The translations under genes were made by a program, and so were the position numbers. DNA of 64,000 nt from an uncultured Methylomirabilota bacterium (GTDB taxonomy: Bacteria; Methylomirabilota; Methylomirabilia; Methylomirabilales; 2-02-FULL-66-22). The stretch covers positions 2,208,001-2,272,000 of the forward strand of contig OY970067.1 of the NCBI GenBank assembly GCA_963705305.1. Direction: 5' to 3'. The stretch's first letter is position 1. Every line of letters begins with the position of its first letter. Below are positions 10,421 through 20,521 of this stretch, piece by piece. The notes under the pieces were generated by a model. The model was not told where the DNA came from, did not search any database, and saw only the letters and a program-made list of their open reading frames with translations.

Positions 10421-10622
10421 TTAACAGGCTGCTGAAAAAGGCCCATCTGCGGAGACCCGTCCTCCGGACGGGTACCCCGCGCGCTCCCGCGACGCTGCGA
10501 CGTACCCGTAAGTACGCCTCGCGCCTGCACCCATCCTCACGGATGGGTACCCGGCGCGCCGCCTTGCATGTGGACTTTTTTGAGCAGCCTGGGGGAAAGC
10601 GGGCTTCTCAGCACTGGTGTTA
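10421..10622 (+). mobile_element. MITE-like element, copy B
   Basis: CAGGCTGCTGAAAAAG...CTTTTTTGAGCAGCCTG inverted termini (10425-10591) plus a conserved ~30-nt tail; TTAA on both sides. Confidence 0.75.
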
Positions 10623-10673
10623 AGCGGCCCGAGAGGGTGATCCACATGTTTTCACCTCGCGGAGGGTGCAGCC

Positions 10674-11924
10674 GTGAAGCGATTGATTGACGCGGATCCG
10701 GAGGTCGCGCGGATCATCCGCCTGGAGACGGAACGGCAGGCCTCCAAGCTGGAGCTCATCGCCTCGGAGAATTTCGTGAGCGAGGCGGTCATGGAGGCCA
10801 TGGGATCCCCCCTGACCAACAAGTATGCGGAGGGGTATCCGGGAAAGCGCTACTATGGCGGTTGCGAGTTCGTGGATATGGCCGAGAACCTCGCCATCGA
10901 GCGAGCCAAGCAGCTGTTCGGGGCCGAGCATGTCAACGTCCAGCCCCATTCCGGGGCGCAGGCCAACATGGCGGCGTACTTCGCCGTGCTGAACCACGGC
11001 GATACGATCCTGGGCCTTAATCTGGCCCATGGGGGCCACCTCACGCACGGCAGCCCGGTCAACTTCTCCGGCCGCTTCTTTAAGGTCATCCCCTACGGGG
11101 TGGATCAGACCACCGAGCAGATCGACATGGCCGAGGTTCGCCGGCTGGCCAAGGAGCACCGCCCCAAGATGATCGTGACGGGGGGCAGTGCCTACCCCCG
11201 CACGCTCCACTTCGACCAGTTCAAGGAGATCGCCGACGAGGTGGGCGCCTATCTCATGGCGGACATCGCGCACCCCGCTGGGATCATCGCGGTCGGGCTG
11301 CATCCCTCCCCCATCCCGTACTGTGACCTGGTCACGACCACCACCCACAAGACGCTCCGGGGGCCGCGCGGCGGGATGATCATGTGCCCGGCGCGGCATG
11401 CGGCGGCGGTGAACAAGACCATATTTCCAGGGATGCAGGGGGGCCCCCTGATGCACGTCATTGCGGCCAAGGCGGTGGCCTTCCAGGAGGCCCTGACTCC
11501 CGAATTCCGGGTTTACCAGCAGCAGATCGTTGCCAACGCCAAGGCCTTGGCAGAAGGGCTCATCGCGCAGGGCTTTCGGGTGGTGTCGGGCGGGACCGAT
11601 ACCCACCTCATGCTGGTGGACCTCGCACCGAAGGGGTTGACGGGCAAGGTGGCCGAAGCGGCTCTGGACAAGGCCGGACTCACGGTGAACAAGAATGCCA
11701 TCCCCTTCGACAGCAAGCCCCCCACGGTGACCTCGGGCATCCGGCTGGGGACGCCGGCGCTGACCACGCGAGGGATGCGCGAGGTAGAGATGCAGCGGGT
11801 CGCCTCCCTCATCGCCGAGGTGCTGGCGGACGTCGAGGATGCCGATCGGCAGGCCCGGATCCTGGGGAAGGTCCGCGAGCTGTGCGCCGCTTTCCCCTTG
11901 TACCGGGAGCGGCTGTCTCCCTGA
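10674..11924 (+). CDS. glyA: Serine hydroxymethyltransferase
   Basis: [41 protein letters not shown]. Confidence 0.98.
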   Translation: MKRLIDADPEVARIIRLETERQASKLELIASENFVSEAVMEAMGSPLTNKYAEGYPGKRYYGGCEFVDMAENLAIERAKQLFGAEHVNVQPHSGAQANMAAYFAVLNHGDTILGLNLAHGGHLTHGSPVNFSGRFFKVIPYGVDQTTEQIDMAEVRRLAKEHRPKMIVTGGSAYPRTLHFDQFKEIADEVGAYLMADIAHPAGIIAVGLHPSPIPYCDLVTTTTHKTLRGPRGGMIMCPARHAAAVNKTIFPGMQGGPLMHVIAAKAVAFQEALTPEFRVYQQQIVANAKALAEGLIAQGFRVVSGGTDTHLMLVDLAPKGLTGKVAEAALDKAGLTVNKNAIPFDSKPPTVTSGIRLGTPALTTRGMREVEMQRVASLIAEVLADVEDADRQARILGKVRELCAAFPLYRERLSP

Positions 11925-11948
11925 GCCCCGACGCAGTGGAGCGACCCC

Positions 11949-12422
11949 GTGCGCTGTCCGTATTGCGGCCAAACGTCGGAAAAGGTGGTGGACTCCCGGG
12001 AAGGGAAGGACGGGGAAGTTATCCGCCGCCGCCGAGAGTGCCTGGAGTGTCATCGGCGCTTCACCACGTACGAGCGGATCGAAGAGATCCAGTTCATGGT
12101 GGTGAAGAAGGACGGACGGCGAGAGCCCTTCGACCGGCACAAGCTATTGAACGGCCTGCTGAAGGCCACCCAGAAGCGGCCGGTGAGCGTCGCCCAGTTG
12201 GAGGCCATCGCCGCCGACGTCGAGAGCCGCTTGTCCGAGAAGCCGGATCGGGAGATCTCTTCCGCGGAAATGGGGGAGATCATCATGCAGCGCCTGCACG
12301 ATCTGGACGAGGTGGCCTATGTCCGCTTCGCCTCGGTCTACCGCCAGTTCAAGGATGTCCATCAGTTTGTCGAAGAGGTCAAAGGTCTCCTCGGCTCGGG
12401 CAAGCGTAACAACAAGGACTAG
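11949..12422 (+). CDS. nrdR: Transcriptional repressor NrdR
   Basis: [23 protein letters not shown]-cone, AYVRFASVY. Confidence 0.97.
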   Translation: MRCPYCGQTSEKVVDSREGKDGEVIRRRRECLECHRRFTTYERIEEIQFMVVKKDGRREPFDRHKLLNGLLKATQKRPVSVAQLEAIAADVESRLSEKPDREISSAEMGEIIMQRLHDLDEVAYVRFASVYRQFKDVHQFVEEVKGLLGSGKRNNKD

Positions 12423-12525
12423 AGGCGGCCGGGCGGCGGCCAGGGCCCTGCGACCGCTCTCTCCTCAGGCGCCGCCCCGCAGGGGTGCGGATGCCGGGCC
12501 GAGGGGCCGGCGTGCGCTCTATCCC

Positions 12526-13164
12526 ATGCTGGTGGATCTGGCGGGGCGCCTGTGCCTGGTGGTGGGCGGGGGGGCGGTCGCCGAGCGCAAGGTGACCGGA
12601 CTGCTGGAAAGCGGGGCGACGGTGAAAGTGGTGAGCCCCGCCGTGACCGCACGTCTCTCGGCCCTGGCGTCCGCGGGGCGCATCCGTCTGTCCTGCCGTC
12701 CCGTGCAGGCGCGGGATGTCTCGGGGCTCTTCCTGATCCTGGTTGCCACCAACGATCCGCAGGTCAACCGGCGTGTAGCCGCTCTGGCCCGGCAGGCGGG
12801 TCTCCTGGTGAATGTGGCCGACGATCCGGCGGGCTGCAGTTTCCTGGTGCCGGCGGTAGTCCGGCGCGGGGAGCTAACCATCGCCGTCTCCACGGGCGGC
12901 GGCAGTCCGGCTCTGGCCAGGAAGCTGCGGCAGCGGCTGGAAGAGACCGTCGGGCCCGAATACGAGGCCGTCCTGAAGGCGCTACGCGGCCTGCGCCGGC
13001 GGGCCCGGGTTGAGATTCCGGATCCGGCCGCCCGGCAGGCCTTGTACCGCCGGGCCGTCGATTCGGATTTGTTCGAGCTCGCCGCCCGGAAAGATGCGGC
13101 GGGTATGGCGGCGCGAGTTGCCGAACTGCTTCGGGCGGCCCTGCCGGTGGGGGCCGGGCGCTGA
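12526..13164 (+). CDS. Precorrin-2 dehydrogenase/sirohydrochlorin ferrochelatase (CysG-N/SirC/Met8-like); start uncertain
   Basis: LVVGGGAVAERK, VNVADDP, AVSTGGGSPALA. Confidence 0.88.
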   Translation: MLVDLAGRLCLVVGGGAVAERKVTGLLESGATVKVVSPAVTARLSALASAGRIRLSCRPVQARDVSGLFLILVATNDPQVNRRVAALARQAGLLVNVADDPAGCSFLVPAVVRRGELTIAVSTGGGSPALARKLRQRLEETVGPEYEAVLKALRGLRRRARVEIPDPAARQALYRRAVDSDLFELAARKDAAGMAARVAELLRAALPVGAGR

Positions 13165-13177
13165 CCCGACGGGGCCA

Positions 13178-13999
13178 ATGGTCATGACGCTTCATTTCGT
13201 CCTGTTGTGCCTGGCCGTTCTTTTATACGCCGTCGGGACGCTCCATTATTTGCTGCATGTCGTGGCCAAGCGGGCGATCCTGGGCGTGGTGGCGACCGCG
13301 GCCACCCTGGCGGGGCTCGGGTTCCACACGCTCTCCCTTGCGGTTCGCCTCTACAGCCTCGGCCGGCCGCCCCTGGGGAGTCCCTCCGACAGCCTGTCCT
13401 TTTTCGCCTGGGCCGTCGCCCTCATCTACCTGATCGTCGAATTCCGCTACCACGACCGGATCATGGGCGCCTTCGCCCTGCCGATCGTGCTCCTGGCCGG
13501 CTCGGCGGCTGCGGCCCTGCCCGAGCGCCTGGCGGGCCTGGGGCCGAAGGTACAGGGGCTGGGGCTGTGGGTGCACGTGGCTTTGGCCGTCTTCGGAAAC
13601 GCCGCCTTTGCCCTGACCGCCTGCGCCGGCCTCATGTACCTCATCCAGGAGCGCCAACTGAAGTCCCGGCACCCCGGGGGGATGCACTTCCGGTTGCCTC
13701 CTTTGGAGGTGCTGGACGACGTCGGCGTCAAATCCATCCTGTTCGGGTTCCCCCTTCTGACCTTGGGCCTCATCACCGGATCGATCTGGGCGGAGCACGT
13801 CCGGGGGTCTCTCTTCAGCTGGCGACCGCGCGAGGTCCTGTCGGTGGTGAGCTGGCTGATCTACGCAGGCCTGCTGTATGCCCGGGTCTCCGCCGGGTGG
13901 CGCGGCCGCAAGGCGGCCGTCCTCGCCATCCTGGGATTCTGCCTGGTGCTTTCCGCGTTTCTCGGGGTCAAGATCTGGAAGGGCGGTCCCGGCATGTAG
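13178..13999 (+). CDS. ccsA: Cytochrome c assembly protein CcsA/HemX-like
   Basis: Multi-TM; WVHV, LIQERQLK, GLITGSIWA, WLIY, GWRGRKAA. Confidence 0.85.
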   Translation: MVMTLHFVLLCLAVLLYAVGTLHYLLHVVAKRAILGVVATAATLAGLGFHTLSLAVRLYSLGRPPLGSPSDSLSFFAWAVALIYLIVEFRYHDRIMGAFALPIVLLAGSAAAALPERLAGLGPKVQGLGLWVHVALAVFGNAAFALTACAGLMYLIQERQLKSRHPGGMHFRLPPLEVLDDVGVKSILFGFPLLTLGLITGSIWAEHVRGSLFSWRPREVLSVVSWLIYAGLLYARVSAGWRGRKAAVLAILGFCLVLSAFLGVKIWKGGPGM

Positions 14000-14039
14000 A
14001 GAGGGCCGGCGGCGGCGAGCCGCCGCCGCGGGAAGGCAC

Positions 14040-15314
14040 ATGGAGCTGTTTGTCCTCGGCCTGAGCCACAAGACGGCGCCGATCGAGCTGCGCGAGCACT
14101 TGCACGTCTCCGAGCGGGATCTTCCCAAGCAGCTGGAGCTTCTGGGAGACGTGCCGGATCTCCTGGAGCGCATGGTGGTCAGCACCTGCAACCGGGTAGA
14201 GGTGTACGGGGTCGCCGACGGGCCCCTCGGCAAAGTCGCCGAGGCCGTCACGGAGTGTCTGGCGGCCTACCACAATCAGGAGGCGCCCCGCTTCGCCAGC
14301 GCGCTCTACATCCTCACCGAGGCGGCGGCGGTCCGCCACGTCTTCCGGGTGGCCTCCAGCCTGGATTCCATGGTGCTGGGCGAGCCCCAGATTCTGGGCC
14401 AGGTGAAGGCCGCCTACTTCGTGGCGCGCGCCCAGGAGGCGGTCGGCGTCATCCTCAATAACCTCCTGGAGCAGGCGTTTCATGTGGCCAAGCGAGTCCG
14501 GACCGAGACGGGCATCGCCGCGTCGGCCGTCTCCGTCTCCTCGGCCGCCGTCGAGCTGGCCCGGAAGATCTTCGGCGACCTGGCGGACCGCACCGTCCTG
14601 ATCCTGGGCGCCGGGGAGATGGCCGAGCTGGCCCTGCGCCATCTCTTGGACGACGGGGTGCGGTCGGTGCTGGTCGCCAACCGAAGTTACGACCGCGCGG
14701 TGGCGCTGGCGGCCGAGTTCGAGGGGCGGGCGGTCACCTTCGAGTCTTTCCGGGACGAGATGGTCGGGGCCGACATCGTGATCAGCTCGACCAGCGCCCC
14801 GCACATGATCCTGAAGAAAGAGGACATGCAGGCCGTCACCCTGCAGCGCCGGCACCGGCCGATCTTCCTGATCGACATCGCCAACCCGCGCGACATCGAC
14901 CCCGCCTGCAACGAGGTGGACAACGTCTATCTGTACAACATCGACGATCTCCAGGCGGTGGTGTCGGCAAACCTGCAGGAGCGCGAGCGGGAGGCGGAGC
15001 GAGCTGAGACCATCATCGGGCGCGAGGTCGAGGTGTTCCTGGATTGGCTCAAGGGGCTGGACGTGGTCCCCACCATCGTCTCCCTGCGTAAGCGGGTCGA
15101 GGAGATCCGCCAGACGGAGCTGGCCAAGGCCATGGCCCGCATGGGGGATCTGACCCCCGCGCAGCGCGAGACGGTCATCGCCATGACGTTGGCCATGGTG
15201 AACAAGATCCTGCACCAGCCCATGACCGAGCTGCGGCGGCGAGCCGTCCTGCAGGACGGACATCTCTATTCCACCGTCTTGCGGCGGCTGTTCGGCCTGG
15301 AAGAAAAGGAGTAG
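14040..15314 (+). CDS. hemA: Glutamyl-tRNA reductase
   Basis: GLSHKTAP, STCNRVE, SLDSMVLGEPQILGQVK, GAGEM, DIANPRD. Confidence 0.97.
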   Translation: MELFVLGLSHKTAPIELREHLHVSERDLPKQLELLGDVPDLLERMVVSTCNRVEVYGVADGPLGKVAEAVTECLAAYHNQEAPRFASALYILTEAAAVRHVFRVASSLDSMVLGEPQILGQVKAAYFVARAQEAVGVILNNLLEQAFHVAKRVRTETGIAASAVSVSSAAVELARKIFGDLADRTVLILGAGEMAELALRHLLDDGVRSVLVANRSYDRAVALAAEFEGRAVTFESFRDEMVGADIVISSTSAPHMILKKEDMQAVTLQRRHRPIFLIDIANPRDIDPACNEVDNVYLYNIDDLQAVVSANLQEREREAERAETIIGREVEVFLDWLKGLDVVPTIVSLRKRVEEIRQTELAKAMARMGDLTPAQRETVIAMTLAMVNKILHQPMTELRRRAVLQDGHLYSTVLRRLFGLEEKE

Positions 15315-15315
15315 G

Positions 15316-16311
15316 GTGAACCTCGAACCGCGCAGGTCGAATGTCGAGCGCGGCACGTCTCTCATTCTCGGCACGCGCAGCTCGCCGCTGGCGCTCTGGC
15401 AGGCGGAGCACGTGGCGGCGCGGCTGCGCGGGGCCTTCGCGGGATTGCAGGTGTCCCTGGAGCGGATCAAGACCAGCGGGGACAAGATCCAGGACGTCCC
15501 GCTGGCGCAGGTGGGCGGGAAGGCGCTGTTCGTCAAGGAGATCGAGGAGGCCCTGCTGGCCGGCCGGGTGGATCTGGCGGTTCACAGCATGAAGGACGTC
15601 CCCACCGACCTGCCCGCGGGTCTCGCCATCCTGGCGGTGACGGAACGGGAAAGCCCTTCGGACGTCCTCATCTCCCGGCAGGGAGCACGCCTGGCGGACC
15701 TGCCCGGCGGCGCGATCGTGGGGACCAGCAGCCTGCGCCGCCAGGCCCAGCTTCTCCACCACCGTCCGGATCTCCGGGTGGTCGGCCTGCGGGGGAATCT
15801 GGATACGCGCATCCGGAAGCTCCGCTCGGAGGGACTCGACGCCATCGTGGTGGCGGCCGCGGGGGTGAAGCGCCTGGGCCTGAGCCATCTGGTCAGCGAG
15901 GTGCTCCCGGCCGAGATTCTGCTCCCCGCCATCGGCCAGGGGGCGTTGGGGATCGAGGGCCGAGTGGCGGCCGGCGTGGATCGGGAGCGGGGGATCGCCG
16001 ACATCGTCCGCACACTGGATCATCCCGAGACGCACACCGCCGTTCGAGCGGAGCGGGCCATGCTGGCCCGGCTGGCGGGCGGCTGCCAGGTGCCGATCGC
16101 GGCCCTGGCGACCCTAGAGGCGGACGGCATCCGGCTGCGGGGACTGGTGGCCAGCCCGGACGGCGCGAAGGTGATTCGGGGAGAGCGCCGGGCCCCGCGG
16201 GAGCACCCGGACTCGCTCGGCGCGGGCCTGGCGGAAGAGCTCTTGTCCAGGGGCGCTGCCGGAATCCTGGCGTCCGTCTGCGCCGCCGGAGGAACGGGAG
16301 GGCAGGGGTGA
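15316..16311 (+). CDS. hemC: Hydroxymethylbilane synthase
   Basis: GTRSSPLALWQA, GGKALFVKEIE, AVHSMKD, GTSSLRR, RGNLDTR, GGCQVP. Confidence 0.97.
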   Translation: MNLEPRRSNVERGTSLILGTRSSPLALWQAEHVAARLRGAFAGLQVSLERIKTSGDKIQDVPLAQVGGKALFVKEIEEALLAGRVDLAVHSMKDVPTDLPAGLAILAVTERESPSDVLISRQGARLADLPGGAIVGTSSLRRQAQLLHHRPDLRVVGLRGNLDTRIRKLRSEGLDAIVVAAAGVKRLGLSHLVSEVLPAEILLPAIGQGALGIEGRVAAGVDRERGIADIVRTLDHPETHTAVRAERAMLARLAGGCQVPIAALATLEADGIRLRGLVASPDGAKVIRGERRAPREHPDSLGAGLAEELLSRGAAGILASVCAAGGTGGQG

Positions 16312-17843
16312 CATCCGCAGGCGCAGGGCACGGGAAGGTGTTTCTGATCGGGGCGGGCCCCGGCGATCCCGGCCTGTTTACCCTGCGCGGGGTGCGCTGC
16401 CTGGCGGCTGCCGACGTGGTGGTTTACGATGCGCTGGCCAATCCCCGGCTGCTCAAGTACGCCGGGCCGGAGGCGGAGCTGATCTACGTGGGCAAGCGCG
16501 GGGGCGCGCACGCCATGCCCCAGGAGGGCATCGGGCGCCTTTTGGTGGAGCGGGCCAAGGCCGGACAGGTGGTGGCCAGGCTCAAGGGCGGCGACCCCTT
16601 CATCTTCGGCCGGGGCGGCGAGGAGGCGGAGGAGCTGGCGGCCGCCGGCATCCCCTTCGAGGTGGTTCCCGGGGTCACCGCGGCCGTGGCGGCCCCGGCG
16701 TATGCGGGCATCCCGCTCACGCATCGGGACTTCACCTCCACGGTGGCCTTCGTGACGGGACACGAGGATCCCACGAAGGAAACAACCGGCATCGCCTGGG
16801 ACAAGATCGCCACGGGAATCGGCACCCTGGTGTTCTTCATGGGGGTGGGGCAGCTGCCCGAGATCGTGGCGAGGCTCCAGCAACACGGACGGCCGCCGGC
16901 CACGCCCGCCGCCGTCATCCGCTGGGGCACACGGGCCGACCAGGAGGTAGTGACCGGGACACTGGAAAACCTCGTGGAAAAATCCGCCGCGATCCGCCCG
17001 CCGGCCCTGATCGTGGTCGGGGAGGTGGTGGGCCTGCGGGAGAAGCTTGCCTGGGTGGAGACCAGGCCCCTCTTCGGGAAGCGGGTCCTGATCACCCGGG
17101 CGCGCGAGCAGGCCAGCGCCCTGGCCGATCTCCTAGAGGCCGCCGGCGCGGAAGTCGTGGAGTTTCCCACCATCGCCATCGTCCCGCCGGAGAGCTGGGC
17201 ACCCCTGGATGCGGCCGTGGCCCGACTGCACGAGTATCAGTGGGTCATCTTCACCAGCGCCAACGGGGTTCGATTTTTTTGGGAGCGGCTCTTGGAGGCC
17301 GGTCGGGACGTGCGGGATCTGGCGGGGGTGACCGTGTGCGCCATCGGCCCGGCCACGGCTGCCGCCCTGTTGGATTTTGGCGTCCGGGCGGACGTGGTCC
17401 CGCCGGAATTCCGGGCCGAAGCCCTGGTCGAGGCCGTGGGGAGCAGGCCGCTCGAGGGCGGCCGGATCCTGGTCGTCCGCGCTGCCGAGGCGCGGGAGAT
17501 CCTCCCGGAGGAGCTTTCCCGTCGGGGAGCGCTGGTGGACGTGGTGCCGGCGTACCGGACGATCCGGGGCGCGCCCAACGTCGATGAGGTGCGGGGTCTT
17601 CTGCGGGAGGGGAAGATCCACGCCGTGACATTCACCAGCTCGTCGACTGTGAAGCATTTCCTGGAACTGATCGGCGAGGAGGCGCCCGCCTTGCTCAAGG
17701 GGGTGGTGGTGGCCAGCATCGGGCCCATCACGGCCGAGACAGCGGCGCGCCGGCAGATCGACAGCCAGGTCGTGCCAGAAAGTTATACGATCCCAGCCTT
17801 AACCGATGCGCTGATAGCACATTTCCACTCCCAGTCCCGCTGA
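16308..17843 (+). CDS. cobA: Uroporphyrinogen-III C-methyltransferase / uroporphyrinogen-III synthase fusion (CobA-HemD)
   Basis: GAGPGDP, RLKGGDPFIFGRGGEE, then HemD-like FTSANGV, IGPATA, FTSSSTV. Confidence 0.95.
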   Translation: MTSAGAGHGKVFLIGAGPGDPGLFTLRGVRCLAAADVVVYDALANPRLLKYAGPEAELIYVGKRGGAHAMPQEGIGRLLVERAKAGQVVARLKGGDPFIFGRGGEEAEELAAAGIPFEVVPGVTAAVAAPAYAGIPLTHRDFTSTVAFVTGHEDPTKETTGIAWDKIATGIGTLVFFMGVGQLPEIVARLQQHGRPPATPAAVIRWGTRADQEVVTGTLENLVEKSAAIRPPALIVVGEVVGLREKLAWVETRPLFGKRVLITRAREQASALADLLEAAGAEVVEFPTIAIVPPESWAPLDAAVARLHEYQWVIFTSANGVRFFWERLLEAGRDVRDLAGVTVCAIGPATAAALLDFGVRADVVPPEFRAEALVEAVGSRPLEGGRILVVRAAEAREILPEELSRRGALVDVVPAYRTIRGAPNVDEVRGLLREGKIHAVTFTSSSTVKHFLELIGEEAPALLKGVVVASIGPITAETAARRQIDSQVVPESYTIPALTDALIAHFHSQSR

Positions 17844-17882
17844 CCGGCCTGCCCATGGGGGACCCGTCTTGCGCCTTTTCCC

Positions 17883-17912
17883 TTGACAAGCATTGAATTT
17901 TACAGCTAATGT
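17883..17912 (+). promoter_or_regulatory. Putative sigma70 promoter for the glycan locus
   Basis: TTGACA-N18-TAATGT in an AT-rich patch. Confidence 0.4.
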
Positions 17913-17934
17913 CCCGTTTCGAGAGGGTTCTTGC

Positions 17935-17967
17935 CGGTGCTGCGGATGAGGCTCAGCACCGCTTTTT
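17935..17967 (+). terminator. Intrinsic terminator-like hairpin
   Basis: CGGTGCTG-11 nt-CAGCACCG followed by CTTTTT. Confidence 0.55.
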
Positions 17968-18034
17968 CATTTATGGAACGAAAGCTGCAGAACTTCATGA
18001 GGTTACGCCCCGACCCACTCTTTAGGACAGGGCC

Positions 18035-19159
18035 ATGGCCATCCCGATCCTGAATTTGCAGGCAGAATACCAGCGGATGCGCGAGCAGATAGACCGGGCG
18101 GTGCTCCAGGTCCTGGAAAGCGGCCAATTCGTCCTGGGGCCGAATGTCCAGGCCCTGGAGGCGGAGCTGGCGGCCTTCCTGAGTGTGGCCCGCGCCGTGG
18201 CGGTCGCCTCAGGCACGGACGCCCTCCACCTGGGCCTGCGGGCCTGCGGAATCGGTCCGGGCGACGTCGTGCTGACATCCCCCTTTACATTCGTGGCGAC
18301 GGCCACGGCCATCTCGTACACCGGGGCCCGGCCAGCGTTTGCCGACATCCAGCCGGACACGTTCCTGCTGGACCCGGAGCGGGTGCGCGAGGCCCTGGCC
18401 GGGGGCGGCCCGGGGCCCCGCCCCGAGGGGCGCTTGAAGGCCCTCATCCCGGTGCATCTCTACGGTCAGCCGGCCGACATGGATCCCCTGCTCGCCCTGG
18501 CGCGGGCCCACGGGCTTCGGGTCATCGAGGATGCCGCCCAGGCCATCGGCGCCACCTACCGGGGGAAGCGCGTGGGCGGCCTGGGAGACATCGGCTGCTT
18601 CAGCTTCTACCCGACCAAGAACCTGGGGGCCTATGGGGACGCCGGCCTGGCCACGACGCAAGACGCCGGGCTGGGCGAGCATCTGGCGCGCCTGCGCGTC
18701 TACGGCGGCCGGGTGCGCTACATCCACGACGAGCTGGGATACAACAGCCGTCTGGACGAGATCCAGGCGGCCATCCTGCGGGTGAAGCTCGCGTTCCTGG
18801 AGCAGGGGAACGCGCGCCGCCGCGCCATCGCCGCCCGCTATCGCGCGGGGCTGGCCGGACTGGGGATCGGGCTGCCGGCGGAGGTGCCGGGAACGGAGCA
18901 CGTCTATCACCAGTTCGCGATCCGAGTGCCCGACCGTGATCAGATGCAGGAACGGATGGCAAGCCGCGGCGTCCGCACCGCCATCTATTATCCGCTGCCA
19001 TTGCACCTTCAACCGCTGTACCGGGACCTCGGCTATCGGGGCGGCGATTTCCCCGAGGCGGAGCGGGCCAGCCGCGAGGTCCTGTGCCTGCCCATGTACC
19101 CGGAGCTCGCGGATGGCGACGTGGACGAGGTGATCGGGGCGGTGAAAGCATGCGTGTGA
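18035..19159 (+). CDS. DegT/DnrJ/EryC1/StrS family sugar aminotransferase
   Basis: SGTDAL, VHLYGQ, IEDAAQA, FSFYPTKNLGAYGDAG, NSRLDEIQAA. Confidence 0.93.
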   Translation: MAIPILNLQAEYQRMREQIDRAVLQVLESGQFVLGPNVQALEAELAAFLSVARAVAVASGTDALHLGLRACGIGPGDVVLTSPFTFVATATAISYTGARPAFADIQPDTFLLDPERVREALAGGGPGPRPEGRLKALIPVHLYGQPADMDPLLALARAHGLRVIEDAAQAIGATYRGKRVGGLGDIGCFSFYPTKNLGAYGDAGLATTQDAGLGEHLARLRVYGGRVRYIHDELGYNSRLDEIQAAILRVKLAFLEQGNARRRAIAARYRAGLAGLGIGLPAEVPGTEHVYHQFAIRVPDRDQMQERMASRGVRTAIYYPLPLHLQPLYRDLGYRGGDFPEAERASREVLCLPMYPELADGDVDEVIGAVKACV

Positions 19160-19163
19160 ACGG

Positions 19164-19278
19164 GCACGAGAGAATGGAAAATTGAAAATGGACAACCGAC
19201 AACCGACAACCGACAATCGAGAAGCAACGAACGGCATATCGGCCGGTTTTGAATTGTCGGTTTCTCATTTTGCATTGA
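19164..19278. repeat. Heptamer-periodic inverted-repeat element H1
   Basis: AGAATGG AAAATTG AAAATGG (ACAACCG)x3 ACAATCG ... CGGTTTT GAATTGT CGGTTTC TCATTTT GCATTGA. Confidence 0.75.
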
Positions 19279-19291
19279 GGTGAGGGGACGC

Positions 19292-20377
19292 ATGACGGGC
19301 CTATCCGGCACGATCCTGGCCACCGGCGGCATGGGGTTCATCGGGGCGAACTTCATCCGGCACCTCCTGGCGGAGCACCCGGAGACCCGGGTGGTGAACC
19401 TCGACCGGCTCACCTACGCCGGGAACCCCCGCAACCTGGCGGACCTGGACGGGGAGCCCCGCTACCGGTTCGTCCGGGGGGATGTCTGTGATGCGGTAGG
19501 GGTGGGCGCCCTCCTCGCCGAGGAGCGGGTAGCGGCGATCGTCCACTTCGCCGCCGAGACCCACGTGGACCGCTCCATCCTGGGGGCGGCGGAGTGCGTC
19601 CGGACCAACGTCGAGGGGACGCGGGTGCTCCTGGACGCCGCCCGGGCGGCCGGGGTGCGGCGGTTCCTCCACATCTCCACGGACGAGGTCTACGGCGCGC
19701 TGGGCCCGGTCGGGGCGTTCACGGAGGCCGCGCCGCTTCTCCCCAACAGCCCCTACGCCGCCAGCAAGGCCGGGGCGGATTGCCTGGCCCGGGCCTACCA
19801 GGTGACCTACGGCCTGCCGGTCCTCATCACCCGGACCTGCAACAACTACGGCCCCTACCAGTTCCCGGAGAAGTTCATCCCGCTCATGGTCGTGAACGCC
19901 TGCCGCGGAGAGCCGCTCCCGATCTACGGGGACGGGCGCTACGTCCGGGAGTGGCTCCACGTCGCCGATCACTGCCGGGCGTTAGCCGCGGTCCTGGCCG
20001 CCGGCCGCCCGGGCGAGGTGTACAACATCGGGAGCGGCGAGGAGGCGCAGAACCTGGACGTGGCCCGGGCCATCCTCCGCCTCACCGGCCGGCCGGAAAC
20101 CCTCCTCCGGCACGTGGCCGACCGGCCCGGCCACGACCGGCGCTACGCCCTGGCCGCCGGCAAGCTCCGGCGGGAGCTAGGCTGGGCGCCGACCATCCGG
20201 TTCGCGGAGGGCCTCGCGCAGACCGTGGACTGGTACCGCACGCACGAGGCCTGGTGGCAGGAGATCCTCTCCGGGGAGTACCGCACGTACTACCAGCAGC
20301 AATACGGGCAGCGGGGGGAATACGGGCAAGGGAAAACCGACACTGGAATACCGACAACCGGTCAATCGAGAAGTTGA
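19292..20377 (+). CDS. rfbB: dTDP-glucose 4,6-dehydratase
   Basis: TGGMGFIG, LTYAGN, HFAAETHVDRSI, ISTDEVYG, YAASK, NNYGPYQFPEK, DRPGHDRRY. Confidence 0.95.
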   Translation: MTGLSGTILATGGMGFIGANFIRHLLAEHPETRVVNLDRLTYAGNPRNLADLDGEPRYRFVRGDVCDAVGVGALLAEERVAAIVHFAAETHVDRSILGAAECVRTNVEGTRVLLDAARAAGVRRFLHISTDEVYGALGPVGAFTEAAPLLPNSPYAASKAGADCLARAYQVTYGLPVLITRTCNNYGPYQFPEKFIPLMVVNACRGEPLPIYGDGRYVREWLHVADHCRALAAVLAAGRPGEVYNIGSGEEAQNLDVARAILRLTGRPETLLRHVADRPGHDRRYALAAGKLRRELGWAPTIRFAEGLAQTVDWYRTHEAWWQEILSGEYRTYYQQQYGQRGEYGQGKTDTGIPTTGQSRS

Positions 20378-20413
20378 CCGGTTGACAGGTGTCGGTTTTC
20401 GGTATTGCATTGG
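20326..20413. repeat. Heptamer-periodic inverted-repeat element H2 (overlaps rfbB 3' end)
   Basis: AAAACCG ACACTGG AATACCG ACAACCG GTCAA...TTGAC CGGTTGA CAGGTGT CGGTTTT CGGTATT GCATTGG. Confidence 0.75.
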
Positions 20414-20521
20414 AACCGGCACGACGCCAGGAACCCATGCGGAACGAGTCAACGGCGATGGCACCAAGCGCGCACGGTGGAGGAGGCGCGGCGGTGAGAC
20501 TGGCTGCACCCGGCGGGATCC

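Noticed and set aside
17913..17945. AGAGGGTTCTTGC resembling a preQ1-I riboswitch
   Set aside because: No complementary P1 3' strand or A-rich tail, and the downstream genes are unrelated
19190..19220. Tandem repeats as a possible CRISPR array
   Set aside because: 7-nt units with no spacers and no cas genes
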